Notes under the pieces: model-generated
Database searches by the model: none
Seen by the model: the letters and a program-made list of their open reading frames with translations, nothing else
What the model was told of the DNA's origin: nothing
Assembly (NCBI RefSeq): GCF_001194135.2
Contig: NC_068981.1
Span: forward strand, 192,661,854-192,725,853
From: Octopus bimaculoides
Taxonomy: Eukaryota
Direction: 5' to 3'
DNA length: 64,000 nucleotides
In this document: positions 38,594 to 49,970 of the stretch, piece after piece
How the letters are laid out: the number at the start of each line of letters is the position of its first letter
How positions within the stretch are numbered: the stretch's first letter is position 1
Made by a program: the position numbers and the translations under genes

Positions 38594-39230
38594 TCAGATG
38601 AGTGGTACAACAAGGCACCATATATATATAGACTTGAAATTCTGAAGGTTCTAAAACTAAACATAACAATTTTGAACATAATTCAGCTGACAGTACACTT
38701 AAATAATACTGAAAATGTTAAGTCATCCAATCTAAAATTATAAATAGGTTGAGATTAATGAGAAATATACTTTTACAATTGAGGCAGTAAGTTGATCTGA
38801 TACTCGTTGGATAAGCTATGTATATTCAACTTCATGGAGTAGAAGACGGTTAGACACTCGTCTACTCTTGACTCCTTCACATTTCTGTGGTGTATTTTAT
38901 ACACTCGCATACACTCGTAAATACACATTCACACACTTATTGACTATAATGGGATGCGACAGGTTAAATGCTTTCGTTTTTCACCCACTGGTCTGTGTTT
39001 AAAACCCGCGATCAATGCTTTTGGGTTGTTAAAATAAGTACCAGTGATGCGTTCGATTTAGTCGACCATAACTGCTTCCAGTATAAATATAGTTTTGTCC
39101 CTAAGAAAGACATTTATATTAACCAATTTTACGTTTTTTAATAATTTTCAGTTGAGGTTGATTGATTTTTTATTGTTTATTTTATGTGGAAAATACACAC
39201 GTAACTACTCTGTATGCATGTGTGTATGTG

Positions 39231-39303
<73 letters not shown>

Positions 39304-40629
39304 TCACATGCATAGACATCCTTTAAATAAAGAAGTCATCTGAGTTGTGTGATATTTTCAGTCAGTCATCAACATTGCTAGACCACGGATGTGTGTGTGT
39401 GTGTTTATCTTTCTGTATTTCTCAAGTTGCTCCTCTGAACAGACTTTCTCAACTCGTCTCTATTCTTTCTGTATCTCACCCACAAAACACAACAATAAAC
39501 CTCTCTAGTCTTTTAATTCTCACAACTTCAATCCACTTATGCTCTTTTGGCCCCTATTTTTCAACCTGCTGAACGAAGTTCGTGTTGAAGATCGACCTCG
39601 CCAGTCTGGGGGNNNNNNNNNNGGGGGGGGGGGTCTGCCTATAAAGGCAAATGAGCTTTGTCTTTCTCTCTTCCATGCAAATAAATTTCATGTCTTCTAT
39701 CTCGGTTTTGATTAGTTTTATCCAATTTGAAATTAGCTGCAGTAGAAATTGACGTAATTTGTAGATGACAACCCTTCAGTTTTTTTATTCTCCCTCTTAA
39801 TATCTGTTTAAAAGAGATTTTCCATGTCTTCGATTCTATTAGAAATGTTAATCGATTTAAAAATATTTTCCCTTGATTGCAATTTAATCTTTCATCCTAA
39901 ACAAATGATCTTTGTTATTACATTATGTAATAATAGCCTCCCTTCTTCGTCCTTATTGATATCAGTTCATACAGATGCAATAGTTGTTACTGTTTAAAGA
40001 AGCAGGCCAATTCTGACCTGATCAAGAGATATTTTAGACATGATGCCCATCCTTTTTAAAAATTTTTTATAGTTGCAACGTGTATAGGAACACACATTAT
40101 CCTAATACATCCATTTTAAAGACAGGTTATTTATTATTTAAGTGAGATTTGGTTGCTATTTCTAGCTGCTCACTCGATCAGCTAGAAACCTCCTCGTTGG
40201 TTCGACTTAAGAGTGAGGGTATCAGTTTTATAGAAAGATATATATATATATATATATCATGAATAGTAATATATTTTCTCGTTAAAAATATCACGGTAAT
40301 TCTATCTTGGTTTTATGAAAACGAATTACTGTTGTTAAGCACCATGTCGGCCCCAAACAAAAGCGTTCCAATCGTGATCATTCTATCTTTTTGTATACCT
40401 AAAACTACATTGTCCAATGTGTCCGCCCCCACTTTTCTTTTAAGATTGCAGGGTGTCATTCGGGAGTGATATTTGTCTTCTATTTCTAGCAATACGAGCA
40501 CCCAATACGAGATATAACAACTTGATAGGTTCGATCGTTTTGTGTGTGTATGCTAAAGATTAATTTCTGTTGCGAGCAGACGCATGGATCCTATTCTTTT
40601 CGCCACTACAATTCCCCTCACAATTAACA

Positions 40630-40790
40630 TTTCTTGTTGTTTAACCCCAGGTCAGCCCCGATCGAGCAGACCTGTAATCAGAGGTATAAACAACGATCAT
40701 CATCTCGTTTATTTTATTCATGGTGTATCTATGGCTACGTTCATTTAACGTTTGACGGAGATTCAACTGCTTTTTCTAGTAGGTTAAAGT
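40630..40790 (-). mobile_element. SINE family D
   Basis: ttgttgtttaaccccaggtcagccccgatcgagcagacctg...tgcttttctag. Confidence 0.6.
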
Positions 40791-41651
40791 GACCATCTTG
40801 ACTTAGTGGATTACTATTCCTTCATTTATATAGATCAGATGGAGAGGATGATATAGGTTAAATGGATCTCCGAGTCACTGAAGCATGATGTAGTTGGTCA
40901 AAGTCTCTCTCTCTCTCTTTCATTTATACTACCATCTCCTCGGTATGTTATACAACAATATAAACTGAATCGACCTCCACTACCACCAATAACACCACCA
41001 CCAACACCACCGCCACCATACCGTCAGTAAATTGTTTAGTTGTAGCAGAAGTGACAAGATCGATGGGATTTCTCACACAATTTCAAAAATAAACAAGAAG
41101 AAGCAAGCGAGGAATAAATGGATTTATTGCAAAATTAACATTGTTACCATAGTTACTCATAATTTATCTCTCATCTTTTGAAAATATTTAAGGAATCTCA
41201 AGAATTTGGAAGTTTCATATGTTTAAGGTAACACGGACAGTTATATAACTTTCCATTTGTCGACCGTCGTCGTTGCAGATACATTAGCATGGTTTGGTTA
41301 GATGTCTGTCATCCTATTTAAAAATTTAAATATCATCGTGTTTTATGTTTAATTATCCTGTGATGATTAGAAGGGTTTGTATTGTAATAACATACATTCC
41401 TCCACATCAGAGCCTTAAAAAAACATTGTCTTCGTCGTGTTTCTGACTATTTTCGGTTAGAATACATACATATATATACATGCACTAATACACGCACTAA
41501 TTATCAAACACGACTTTGTTTTTAATATATTGGTTTCAAATATCAGCACAAGGCCAGCAATTTCGGGAGGGAGAAGGGGGTAAGTCGATTACATCGACCC
41601 CCCCAGTGCTTAACTGGTACTAATAACTTTTTTTAATGTATTAAAGTGTTC

Positions 41652-41872
41652 AAAGGCGGCGAGCTGGCAGAATCGTAAGCACACCGGCAAAACGCTTAGC
41701 GGTATTTTGTCCGTCTTTATGTTCTGAGCTCAAATTCTGTTGAGGTCAGCTTTGCATTTAATCCTTTAGGGGTCGATAAAATAAGTACCAGTTGAATATT
41801 GTGGTCGATGTAAATGATTAACCCCCCCTTCCCCGAACATGCTGGCATGGTGCCAAAATTTGAAACGAATAT
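41652..41872 (+). mobile_element. SINE family E retaining CpGs
   Basis: aaggcggcgagctggcagaatcgtaagcacaccggc...ggggtcgataaaataagtaccag; an inverted partial copy lies at 41530-41610. Confidence 0.9.
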
Positions 41873-42159
41873 ATTAAGGTGCTGAACACAGACAAATTTT
41901 TTGATAATTTTATTTAAAAATTTTAGTCACAAAATTATTCAAATTACGAGTAAAATCTGAAATATAATGTTATCTAAAATTTACTTTAAATATCATTTAT
42001 TACTGAGTGCAACTAGATTCCCCATTTCTTGATAAACATTCCACTAGCATACACATGGTGTCACATTCATGATGTTCTTGAATAACCGTCATTTTGTATG
42101 GTGGGAACTTGTGATCGGATTGCAAATTCTCCTGACAATTCCAAATCGGAAGTTTAGGC

Positions 42160-42490
42160 GCAGGCGTGGCTGTGTGGTAAGAAGTTTGCTTCCCAACCAC
42201 ATGGCTCTGAGCTCAGTCCTACTGTGTGGAATCTTGGGCAAGAGTTTTTTTTACTATAGCCTTGGGCTGACCAAAGCCTTGTGAGTGGATTTGGTAGACG
42301 GAAACTGAAAGAAGTTAGTCACCATGCCAGTATGGACGGTGGATGTTAAATGATGATGATGATGATGTGTGTGTCCCACCACTGCTTCACGACTGGTATT
42401 GATGTGTTTACACACCCATAACTTAGTGGTTCAGCAAAAGAGATCGATAGAATAGATATGAGGTTTTAAAATTCTTCAGGGTTTTGGACT
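42160..42490 (+). mobile_element. SINE family B
   Basis: ggcgcaggcgtggctgtgtggtaagaagtttgcttcccaaccacatgg... Confidence 0.85.
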
Positions 42491-42549
42491 AAAACAAAGA
42501 AAAGATAAAAAAAAGTTCTGAGGCTGACTGTTTAGAAGATTTCAAAAAG

Positions 42550-42902
42550 ACTTTCATAACTTGTGCATTTTCTGGAGTTAGAACACCCTGGGGGTCCTCT
42601 GGTAGTTTTCTTTTTAGCACTGAGCTGGTGGCCCTGAAATTTTGCTTCTATAGCAGTATGGATTTTTGATCTGGTGTAGCATCATTTTGATTTAGTGTGA
42701 ATAATACGAGAAGGGTGCTGCTGCATTGCAATCACAGATTCACCATTATTGATGAACATTTTCAACATCAAATGCATGAGTTACCCATGAGGGAAACTAA
42801 AAAAAGAATACCCACATAAAGACATCTCCAGCACCTGTCTAACTTTACTAACACCACACCAGCAGCTGTGTAAAACATGAGCAGTTTTCTTGCTGCACCC
42901 TG
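42550..42902 (-). pseudogene. 5' end of a Tc1/mariner (maT/rosa-like) element
   Basis: Terminus TA|CAGGGTGCAGCAAGAAAACTGC; the minus strand gives MFINNGESVIAMQ and frameshifted PDQKSILL..NFRATSSVLKRK..LTPENAQ, HTH-region-like. Confidence 0.6.
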
Positions 42903-43111
42903 TATATTTCTGTCTATTCTGATTTACATGAATTTTTTGGTGGTGGTTTTCGATGACAGAATCCAAGAACTTCAAGTAGAAATAACTAATTCTCCCTCCT
43001 CACCTGAAAACAAAGTAACTTATGGATTAATAAATCCTCTTTATCTTCAGGACTAAAGCTGGTGGAGATGGAGTATATGTAATCTGGGTATACCCCCCCT
43101 TTTAAATTTTG

Positions 43112-43259
43112 TTTTTTTTACGGAATCCCACGTTTTAGGCTATGGAGATTCCGATTCTGAAAAAAGATTTTCAAAAATCTCAATTTCAANNNNNNNNNNA
43201 AATTTTTTTTTCAGAATCGGAATCTCCATAGCCTAAAACGTGGGATTCCGTAAAAAAAA
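43112..43259. repeat. 54-bp perfect inverted repeat around a 10-N gap
   Basis: 43112-43165 is the reverse complement of 43206-43259. Confidence 0.85.
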
Positions 43260-43552
43260 ATTAATAAATAAGGAAAGGAAAGGTTCAGATTACAAATAGT
43301 CCATCTCTACCCTAAAGCTTATAAATGTGGAAGGATGAGGATAGTGGGATATATTATATATTGTTTTTATTTATGTTCCGTGCCTACAGACGTTGGTGAT
43401 TATGGACCTTCTTTCTCTACTGTTCCATACACACCTTAGTCAGTCCGTCTGGTCAGCTGGTCAGACACCTGAATATCTTCTGCCTTTGTTTCTCCCAGTT
43501 TCTTCTTCTTTTCAAATGAATATATTCTTTCAGATGAAAAAATATATATATA

Positions 43553-43678
43553 CAGGGTGTCCACAAAGTCTGGGTACATGGGATTAACACATACTTTAAG
43601 AAATTATTATTTCTGATATCTAATTGTTTATGTTATGATTTTATTTACTCTATGTACTCAGACTTTGTGGACACCCTG
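43553..43678. mobile_element. 126-bp Tc1/mariner-type MITE
   Basis: 27-bp TIRs (cagggtgtccacaaagtctgggtacat, 1 mismatch) flanked by TA on both sides. Confidence 0.9.
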
Positions 43679-43997
43679 TATATCGCATCAAAATATTATT
43701 TGGTGCACTACACCCAAAATAGTTTGTTAGTTCTTAAATATCTTTGCATAAAGAACCCTAAACCACTCCTATATAAAAGCTGAAGATTCTCCCCTTCCCT
43801 CTCTGATCATCTTGGGGTTTGTTATCTTTTATGAGCTCTGTGATTTTTGCAGCTAGTTACCTCTTTTCTATTCTTAACTTTCATGGTTTTGTGAAACGGA
43901 TGGATTAATATTTTCAACATATTTTACTGTTCACTATAAGTTCTGTCTTGAGATTGAGAAAAGATCTTGTTTATGAAAGAAAAAAAAACCTGTTTAA

Positions 43998-44221
43998 CCC
44001 TTTTCATACTCACCCACCTGAGATTGCCTCTGGTTCTAAAATATAAACTTACTATTTTAAAATGACTTAAACGAAAACTTTCAACCAAAATTTCGAGCTA
44101 ATTTGTTTCAAACACCAGATTAACAATGCGAGTTATATGACTAAATTCTTCATAATGTTTTTTTCTTTCAAAAGTTGACATGAAAGCAGCGTATTTTAAC
44201 TGAAATATGGTAACGAAAGGA
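43998..44221. mobile_element. piggyBac-type MITE
   Basis: TTAA|CCCTTTTCATAC ... ATGGTAACGAAAGG; inverse match to 47483-48093. Confidence 0.7.
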
Positions 44222-44462
44222 TGAAAGCAGTAGAAAATATTGGATCAATTTTCTTTTTAACTTTTAGTAAAAGCTGGTAACATTACAGTCATTTCAGTTA
44301 ACTTTATCAAGTGTTACTAACCAGAGGGAAACTGGACATCTGGCTTTTATCTGGCTTACTTCAGAATATCTCTTAGGGCTATATTGAATTGTTTGAAATT
44401 ATCTTATCGTATATTTTCTTTTTTCTAAGTAAGATATATATAAACATATATGCGTGTCTGTG

Positions 44463-44503
<41 letters not shown>

Positions 44504-44565
44504 ATGTGTGTATATATATATATGTGCGTGTGTGTGTATATATATATATACATATGTGTGTGTAT

Positions 44566-44596
<31 letters not shown>

Positions 44597-44749
44597 CATA
44601 CATGTATATATATATGTATATAGATGTCACAGTATTGATCAGACCATCAGATGCTATTATATACTGCTGTTCACAATACATTTTCAATTCTGTCTTGACT
44701 GCACCATTCTTTTCCATCTTGACCCAAATTACTTAAGTAGATCATCATC

Positions 44750-45170
44750 TCATCATCATTGTGGAGGCCTTCCTAGTGGTCTTTCTGATCTCTTGGATAC
44801 CACTTGACAACTGCACTGGCCCACCTGTTGCCTGTGAACCATTGCAACATGTCTGCCCCAGCGGAACTTGTATGTATTTTTCATTGGTCATTCTCCATAG
44901 ACATCATTTGTGAACCAATGCTGTCTTCACTCTTGTATCCAGTTTTGCTGTTCTCTGTTTGTGCACACTAATATTACACACCCAGCAAAATAGGTTTCAT
45001 TCATTTCTTTCTAGCTTTCGCAAATCCTTTGCATTCTGTATCCATGTCTCACCACCATGTAACATTAGCATCATACAATCTGATCTTTAATTGAACAGAG
45101 AAATCCTTTGTTACCTGCAGAGTTAATGGAGCCTTGAACATTTTCCGTTGTTTTTACTCTGGCTTCTGTG
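44750..45170 (-). pseudogene. Decayed RTE LINE C-terminal region
   Basis: Frameshifted KIRLYDA...KFRWGRHVA...WYPRD, resembling the RTE KW-WAGHVAR...W-PR segment. Confidence 0.55.
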
Positions 45171-45448
45171 CTCTCAGAGAAACACTATCCATTGCTAATT
45201 AGATCACAGAGGTAATAAAATCCCATATTAGAAATTTGTCTGACAGAATGAAACATGTAATGGTGAATAAATAATAACAAAAATTTTTCCAGTTTCCATT
45301 TTTGATATATATATATATACATACACATACACAAACACACCCATGTATGTATATGTATAGTTGAAATTTACAGAAAAACAAAAGACGAAGACAGGTGTAT
45401 AAACAACAAACAGGTGTATTAGTTTAACACTGAGGAAGGTGAGAAAGT

Positions 45449-45484
45449 CTTTTACGTTTCGAGCCTATGCTCTTCAGCAGAAAG
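45449..45484 (-). ncRNA. Minimal type I hammerhead-ribozyme-like motif (Penelope-type)
   Basis: Minus strand: CUUU-CUGCUGA-A-GAGC-AUAG-GCUC-GAAA-CG-U-A-AAAG. Stem I 4 bp, stem II 4 bp, palindromic ACGU stem/loop III, UA cleavage site. The core has C at the normally invariant A6. Confidence 0.55.
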
Positions 45485-46064
45485 GAACACAGAAATAAGC
45501 AGAGAGAGAATAAAAAAGAGACTTCTGGAGCTAGCGGTCAATCATGACGGCTGGCTATATATGTATATATGTACATCTTATTTCTTTATTGCCCACAAGG
45601 GGCTAAACATAGAGGGGACAAACAAGGACAGACAAAGGGATTAAGTAGATTGCATCGACCCCAGTGCGTAACTGGTACTTTCATACATTAGCTTTTCAAC
45701 ACTTGGTATGAAACCACTGCCTCCTCTCAAATACTCTCCCTTCCCACTTTGTTGACGGGGCTATTTCCTTTTTTCTCTTCTTGTCTTGCAAGTTACTTAT
45801 TGACTTCACTAGTGCCAGTGGCACGAAGAAAGAACCCCCAGTACGCTTGATGAAATGATTGGCTTTAGGATGGGCATCTAGTTGTAGAAACCATGTCGAA
45901 GCTTGATACAGCTCTGTGGCTCACTGGATTCTGTTGAACTGTTCACCTCATTAAACGATGTTGAGGCAAATGATAATTAGCTGCTAATTAAAGTACTTCT
46001 CATGTGAAGATAATGATTAGTAAAATCCACTTAGGTTGCATGCCTTATTATATATTTGAAGGGT

Positions 46065-46335
46065 TGTGAAGGTTCGTGGCTTAGTGGCGAGGGTATTTTG
46101 GCTCATGATCGTAAGGTGAGTTTGATTCCTGGTGCTGCATTGTGTCCTTGAGCAAGACACTTTATTTCACATTGCTGCCATCAAATCAGCTAGCAAAAAT
46201 GAATTGTACCTGTAATTCAAAGGGCCAGCCTGGTCACATTTGGTGTGTCCTGCTGAATCTCCTTGAGAACTGTGTTAAGGGGATATGTGTCTGTGGAGTG
46301 CTGGAACACTTGTCATCGTAACTGATGGAGTGCCA
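46065..46335 (+). mobile_element. SINE family C
   Basis: tgtgaaggttcgtggcttagtgg...tgtgtccttgagcaagacactttatttcac...gatggagtgcca. Confidence 0.85.
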
Positions 46336-46826
46336 TTTATCACATTTGAAGGGCACAGTGTCACCCCCCCTCCCCCCAACATTCTTTGTAGATTGCTGAC
46401 TTTGTTAGGGTGTTACACTTCAGCCACAATTCCACCCCATCAACCTTGGCTGTGCAACTTGATAGATTCAAAGATGATGATGGTTTTGCAGAGGTTCTGT
46501 TTTCAGGTGAGTAAGAGAACAAGGGTGGGTGTTGTGAAGGTGGTTGTCTGTCTGTCAGTCAAGAATGTATGCGAGGGTTGGTACTATATTTGAATTCCAC
46601 CAAATGTACATGTGAGGTTGAGAGAGTGAGAAATGGAGAGATATTATGGCCGTCTGTTGTAATGATGGATTTGTTAATTAGAAATCTAATTAATGCTTCT
46701 GTTTAACATTTCAACTCTTTGGAAGTTGATGGAGCTGCTGCCAGCATTGATAACAGATGATTTCTTTGTAGAAATGGAATTCTGTGTTGGTATTAAGACA
46801 AGACTATAATGAATTGTGATTGAGCT

Positions 46827-46985
46827 GGATTAACATGGGATAGAGCAGGATTAATGTGAGATGGAGCAGGATTAATGTGAGACGGAGCAAGATTGACGTG
46901 AGATGGAGCAGGATTGACGTGAGATGGTGCAGGATTGACGTGAGATAGGAGCAAGATTGACGTGAGACAGAGCAGGATTAACATG
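46827..46985. repeat. 21-bp minisatellite, ~7.5 units
   Basis: Consensus ggattga/aacgtgagatggagca; one unit is 22 bp. Confidence 0.9.
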
Positions 46986-47482
46986 AATCCTGTAATGGTA
47001 ATGTGAACAAGATTTAATAATGAGTATTGAACTCTGAAATAGTATGAATGATTTGTGACTATTTAAAATCATTGTAAATAATTAACTGTTAGAGTGGAGT
47101 ACATTTGTATTAATCACCAGTATTGGACTAACTACATTATTTTGTTAAAGCCCTTTACATTATGAGTTCAAATCGTGTCAAGGCCTTCTTCATTTTCATT
47201 GTCATAGGGTTCTTCATCCTCATCATTTCTCTGTTTCCCATGGTGGCTTAGATTGAACAGTTTGACAGGTTCCGATGAGCTGCAGGACTGCATAGAGCTC
47301 TAATGTCAGATTTGGCATAGTTTTTAGGTAGGAATATCCTTCTTAACAATAGCCACTTTACAATGGGTATTGGATCCTTTTCTTGTGCCACTGGTCACAG
47401 AATAATCTTGGCCTGTGGTTAAACAACGACAGTCAACAAGCAAGTGTTGATCCAGTCTCGGTTTGACATTCAGTATCATTAA

Positions 47483-48093
47483 CCCTTTCGTTACCATATT
47501 TCAGCTAAAATACACTGCCTTTGTTTCAATTAATTTTGAAAATAATAAATGATTTAGTGAAACAACATTTTCATAATTAAGCTGGTTTTTTGGGACATAA
47601 ATTAACATGGCACAGGAGTGGCTGTGTGGTAAGTAGCTTGCTTACCAACCACATGGTTCTGGGTTCAGTCCCACTGCATGGCACGTTGGGCAAGTGTCTT
47701 CTACTATAGCCTCAGGCCAACCAAAGCCTTGTGACTGGATTTGATAGACGGAAACTGAAAGAAGCCCATTGTGTATATATGTGTGTGTGTGTGTTTCTGT
47801 GTGTGTTTTTCTCCCCACTATCGCTTGACAACCGATGCTGGTGTGTTTACGTCCCCGTAACATTAGCGGTTTGGCAAAAGAGACTGATGGAATAAGAAGT
47901 AGGCTTACAAAGAATAAGTCCTGGGGTCGATTTCTTCGACTAAAGTTGGTGCTCCAGCAGGGTCGCAGTCAAATGACTGAACCAAATAAAAGAATGAAAT
48001 TTTGATGGAAGGTTTTAATTTAGATCACTTTAACACATGGCATTTGTATCATACAATTAGGGGTATTTTCAGGCAGGTTGCTATCAAATAGGT
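47483..48093. mobile_element. piggyBac-type MITE interrupted by a full-length SINE B (47609-47993)
   Basis: TTAA|CCCTTTCGTTACC start; the MITE sequence resumes at aaatttgatggaaggttt after the SINE. Confidence 0.75.
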
Positions 48094-49165
48094 TGAAATA
48101 CATTAGTGTTACTTGTAGTTTAGGTTGGAATGGTTAATATTAGCAATTTCATCAATAAAGTACTTGTTTCAGGAGTTGATGTGTTTGAGCACCAATTGGT
48201 GGAAATATATTCTGAAACAAAGGAAATTGATGGGGAGTTTATTGTTCACTGAAACAGCCATACAGATAGAACTGTGATGCAGATGTTGGTTTAGTTCCAC
48301 TTGTTGCTGATGGAATGGTGAGGGGATGAGCGGTTCCACTGCTGTTGATTGCATTCTTCTTGTTTGTGTCGTGAACAAAGGAAGTTTTGTTCAATTTCTC
48401 TGTTTCCTGGATTGTTAAATGCTTTTTTCTTTGATTCTGATGAAGTCAAACCTTCCTCAGATATTCTGAATGCGTGTGTGTGTTAGCTGGACTGTCCTGA
48501 CGTTAGCAGATGTTATATTTACTGGTATGTGTTGGTAAAAGCTGTTGTTTGAATTAGTTGTTACATTACTTGTAGGACACTATGACCATACCTGAATAGG
48601 TCACCAGAATACATTTGTTAATGTGATTCTATTGTAGCCTTGTAAGTAGACTTGCTTCATTGAAACTGAAAGAAGCCTTTTGTGTGTGTGTGCGCGTACC
48701 ATGCACCCACACATATATGGATGGATGGATGGATATATATAGGCGTGTGCTACTATCTCCTTACCTTGAAATCTCATGATAGTTTTAAATTGAGTGTCAC
48801 CATCATGCAAGCAGCGTCTTTCATTTCCGGTCTTCCATGAAAATATGTCTGGTCTTAGGAAGAGGGGAAGTTATACGATTAGGCCACCGACCTTTTACTG
48901 TAGCAGGCAAGAGAGAGTTCTGTATAATGTGGTTGTAAGATGTCCAGATCCATAACAAATACTTTTGGTTCCCTTTCAACCACCACTTCCTAAATAACTC
49001 TCTTTTAATCGTTTCTTGCGCCTCCCAATCAAAGAACCTGTTGCAGTGTGACATGTCACATCTCTTCCTTTCCTCACATTAATTACATTTACCTTAATTA
49101 CTCCACTGCTGCTTTGAAAATGAGTTTTATTATTATTTTATTTTATTCTATTTTGTAAACATTGG

Positions 49166-49548
49166 TGCAGGCATGGCTGTGTGGTAAGAGGCTTGCTTCC
49201 CATCCACATGGTTTTGGGTTCAGTCCTATTGTGTGGAACCTTAGGCAAGTGTCTTTTACTATAGCCCTGGGCTGACCAAAACTTTGGGTGGATTTGGTAG
49301 GTTGGAACTGAAAGAGGCCCATTGTGTGTATATATATATTTGTGTGTGTGTCTGTGTCCATACCACTTAACAGGTGTTGATGTGTTTATGTCCCCATAAC
49401 TTAAAAGTTTGACGAAAGAGACCGATAGAATAAGTACCGGGCTTATAAAAAATAAGTACTAGGGTTGATTCATATGACTAAAAAAAATTCTTGAAGCTGG
49501 TGCCCCAGCATGGCCACAGTCTAATGACTAAAGTGAAAGATGAAAGAT
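49166..49548 (+). mobile_element. Full-length SINE family B
   Basis: Head, linker and tail 1. Confidence 0.85.
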
Positions 49549-49970
49549 AATAGCATTGTTGCATTGTTTGTTCTAGATTTCCTTTGGGTCGGTCACTGAA
49601 CCTTTGCATTCTTGACGAGTGACACAAATTCATAAATTTTCTAACTAATAAGCGCACACACTTGTCAACCAACAGCAGGCATTGGTAACATCAACTCTGC
49701 TGAGGTTTCATGCATTGATCAGTCTTGAGATATGGTCAATAAATAACACTTGTCCAAGGTGCCGTATATTGGAGCGGAACTCAGGACCATGCAGTTATGA
49801 AGTAAACAGCCCTGCCTCTAATCCATTACGTTGTGATTGTAACTTTGTTCCGAAATGTTATTTTAGAATTTGATCTTCAGTTTTTAGCGATCAATATCTT
49901 TCTTTGATTAAGGCAGTGAGCTGGCAGAAACGTTAGCACACTCAGAAAAATGCTCTGCAACATTTCATCC

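Noticed and set aside
42877-43056. 59-codon ORF with a hydrophobic stretch and an NPLY motif
   Set aside because: The start lies inside a transposon TIR and there is no convincing splice context; probably chance.
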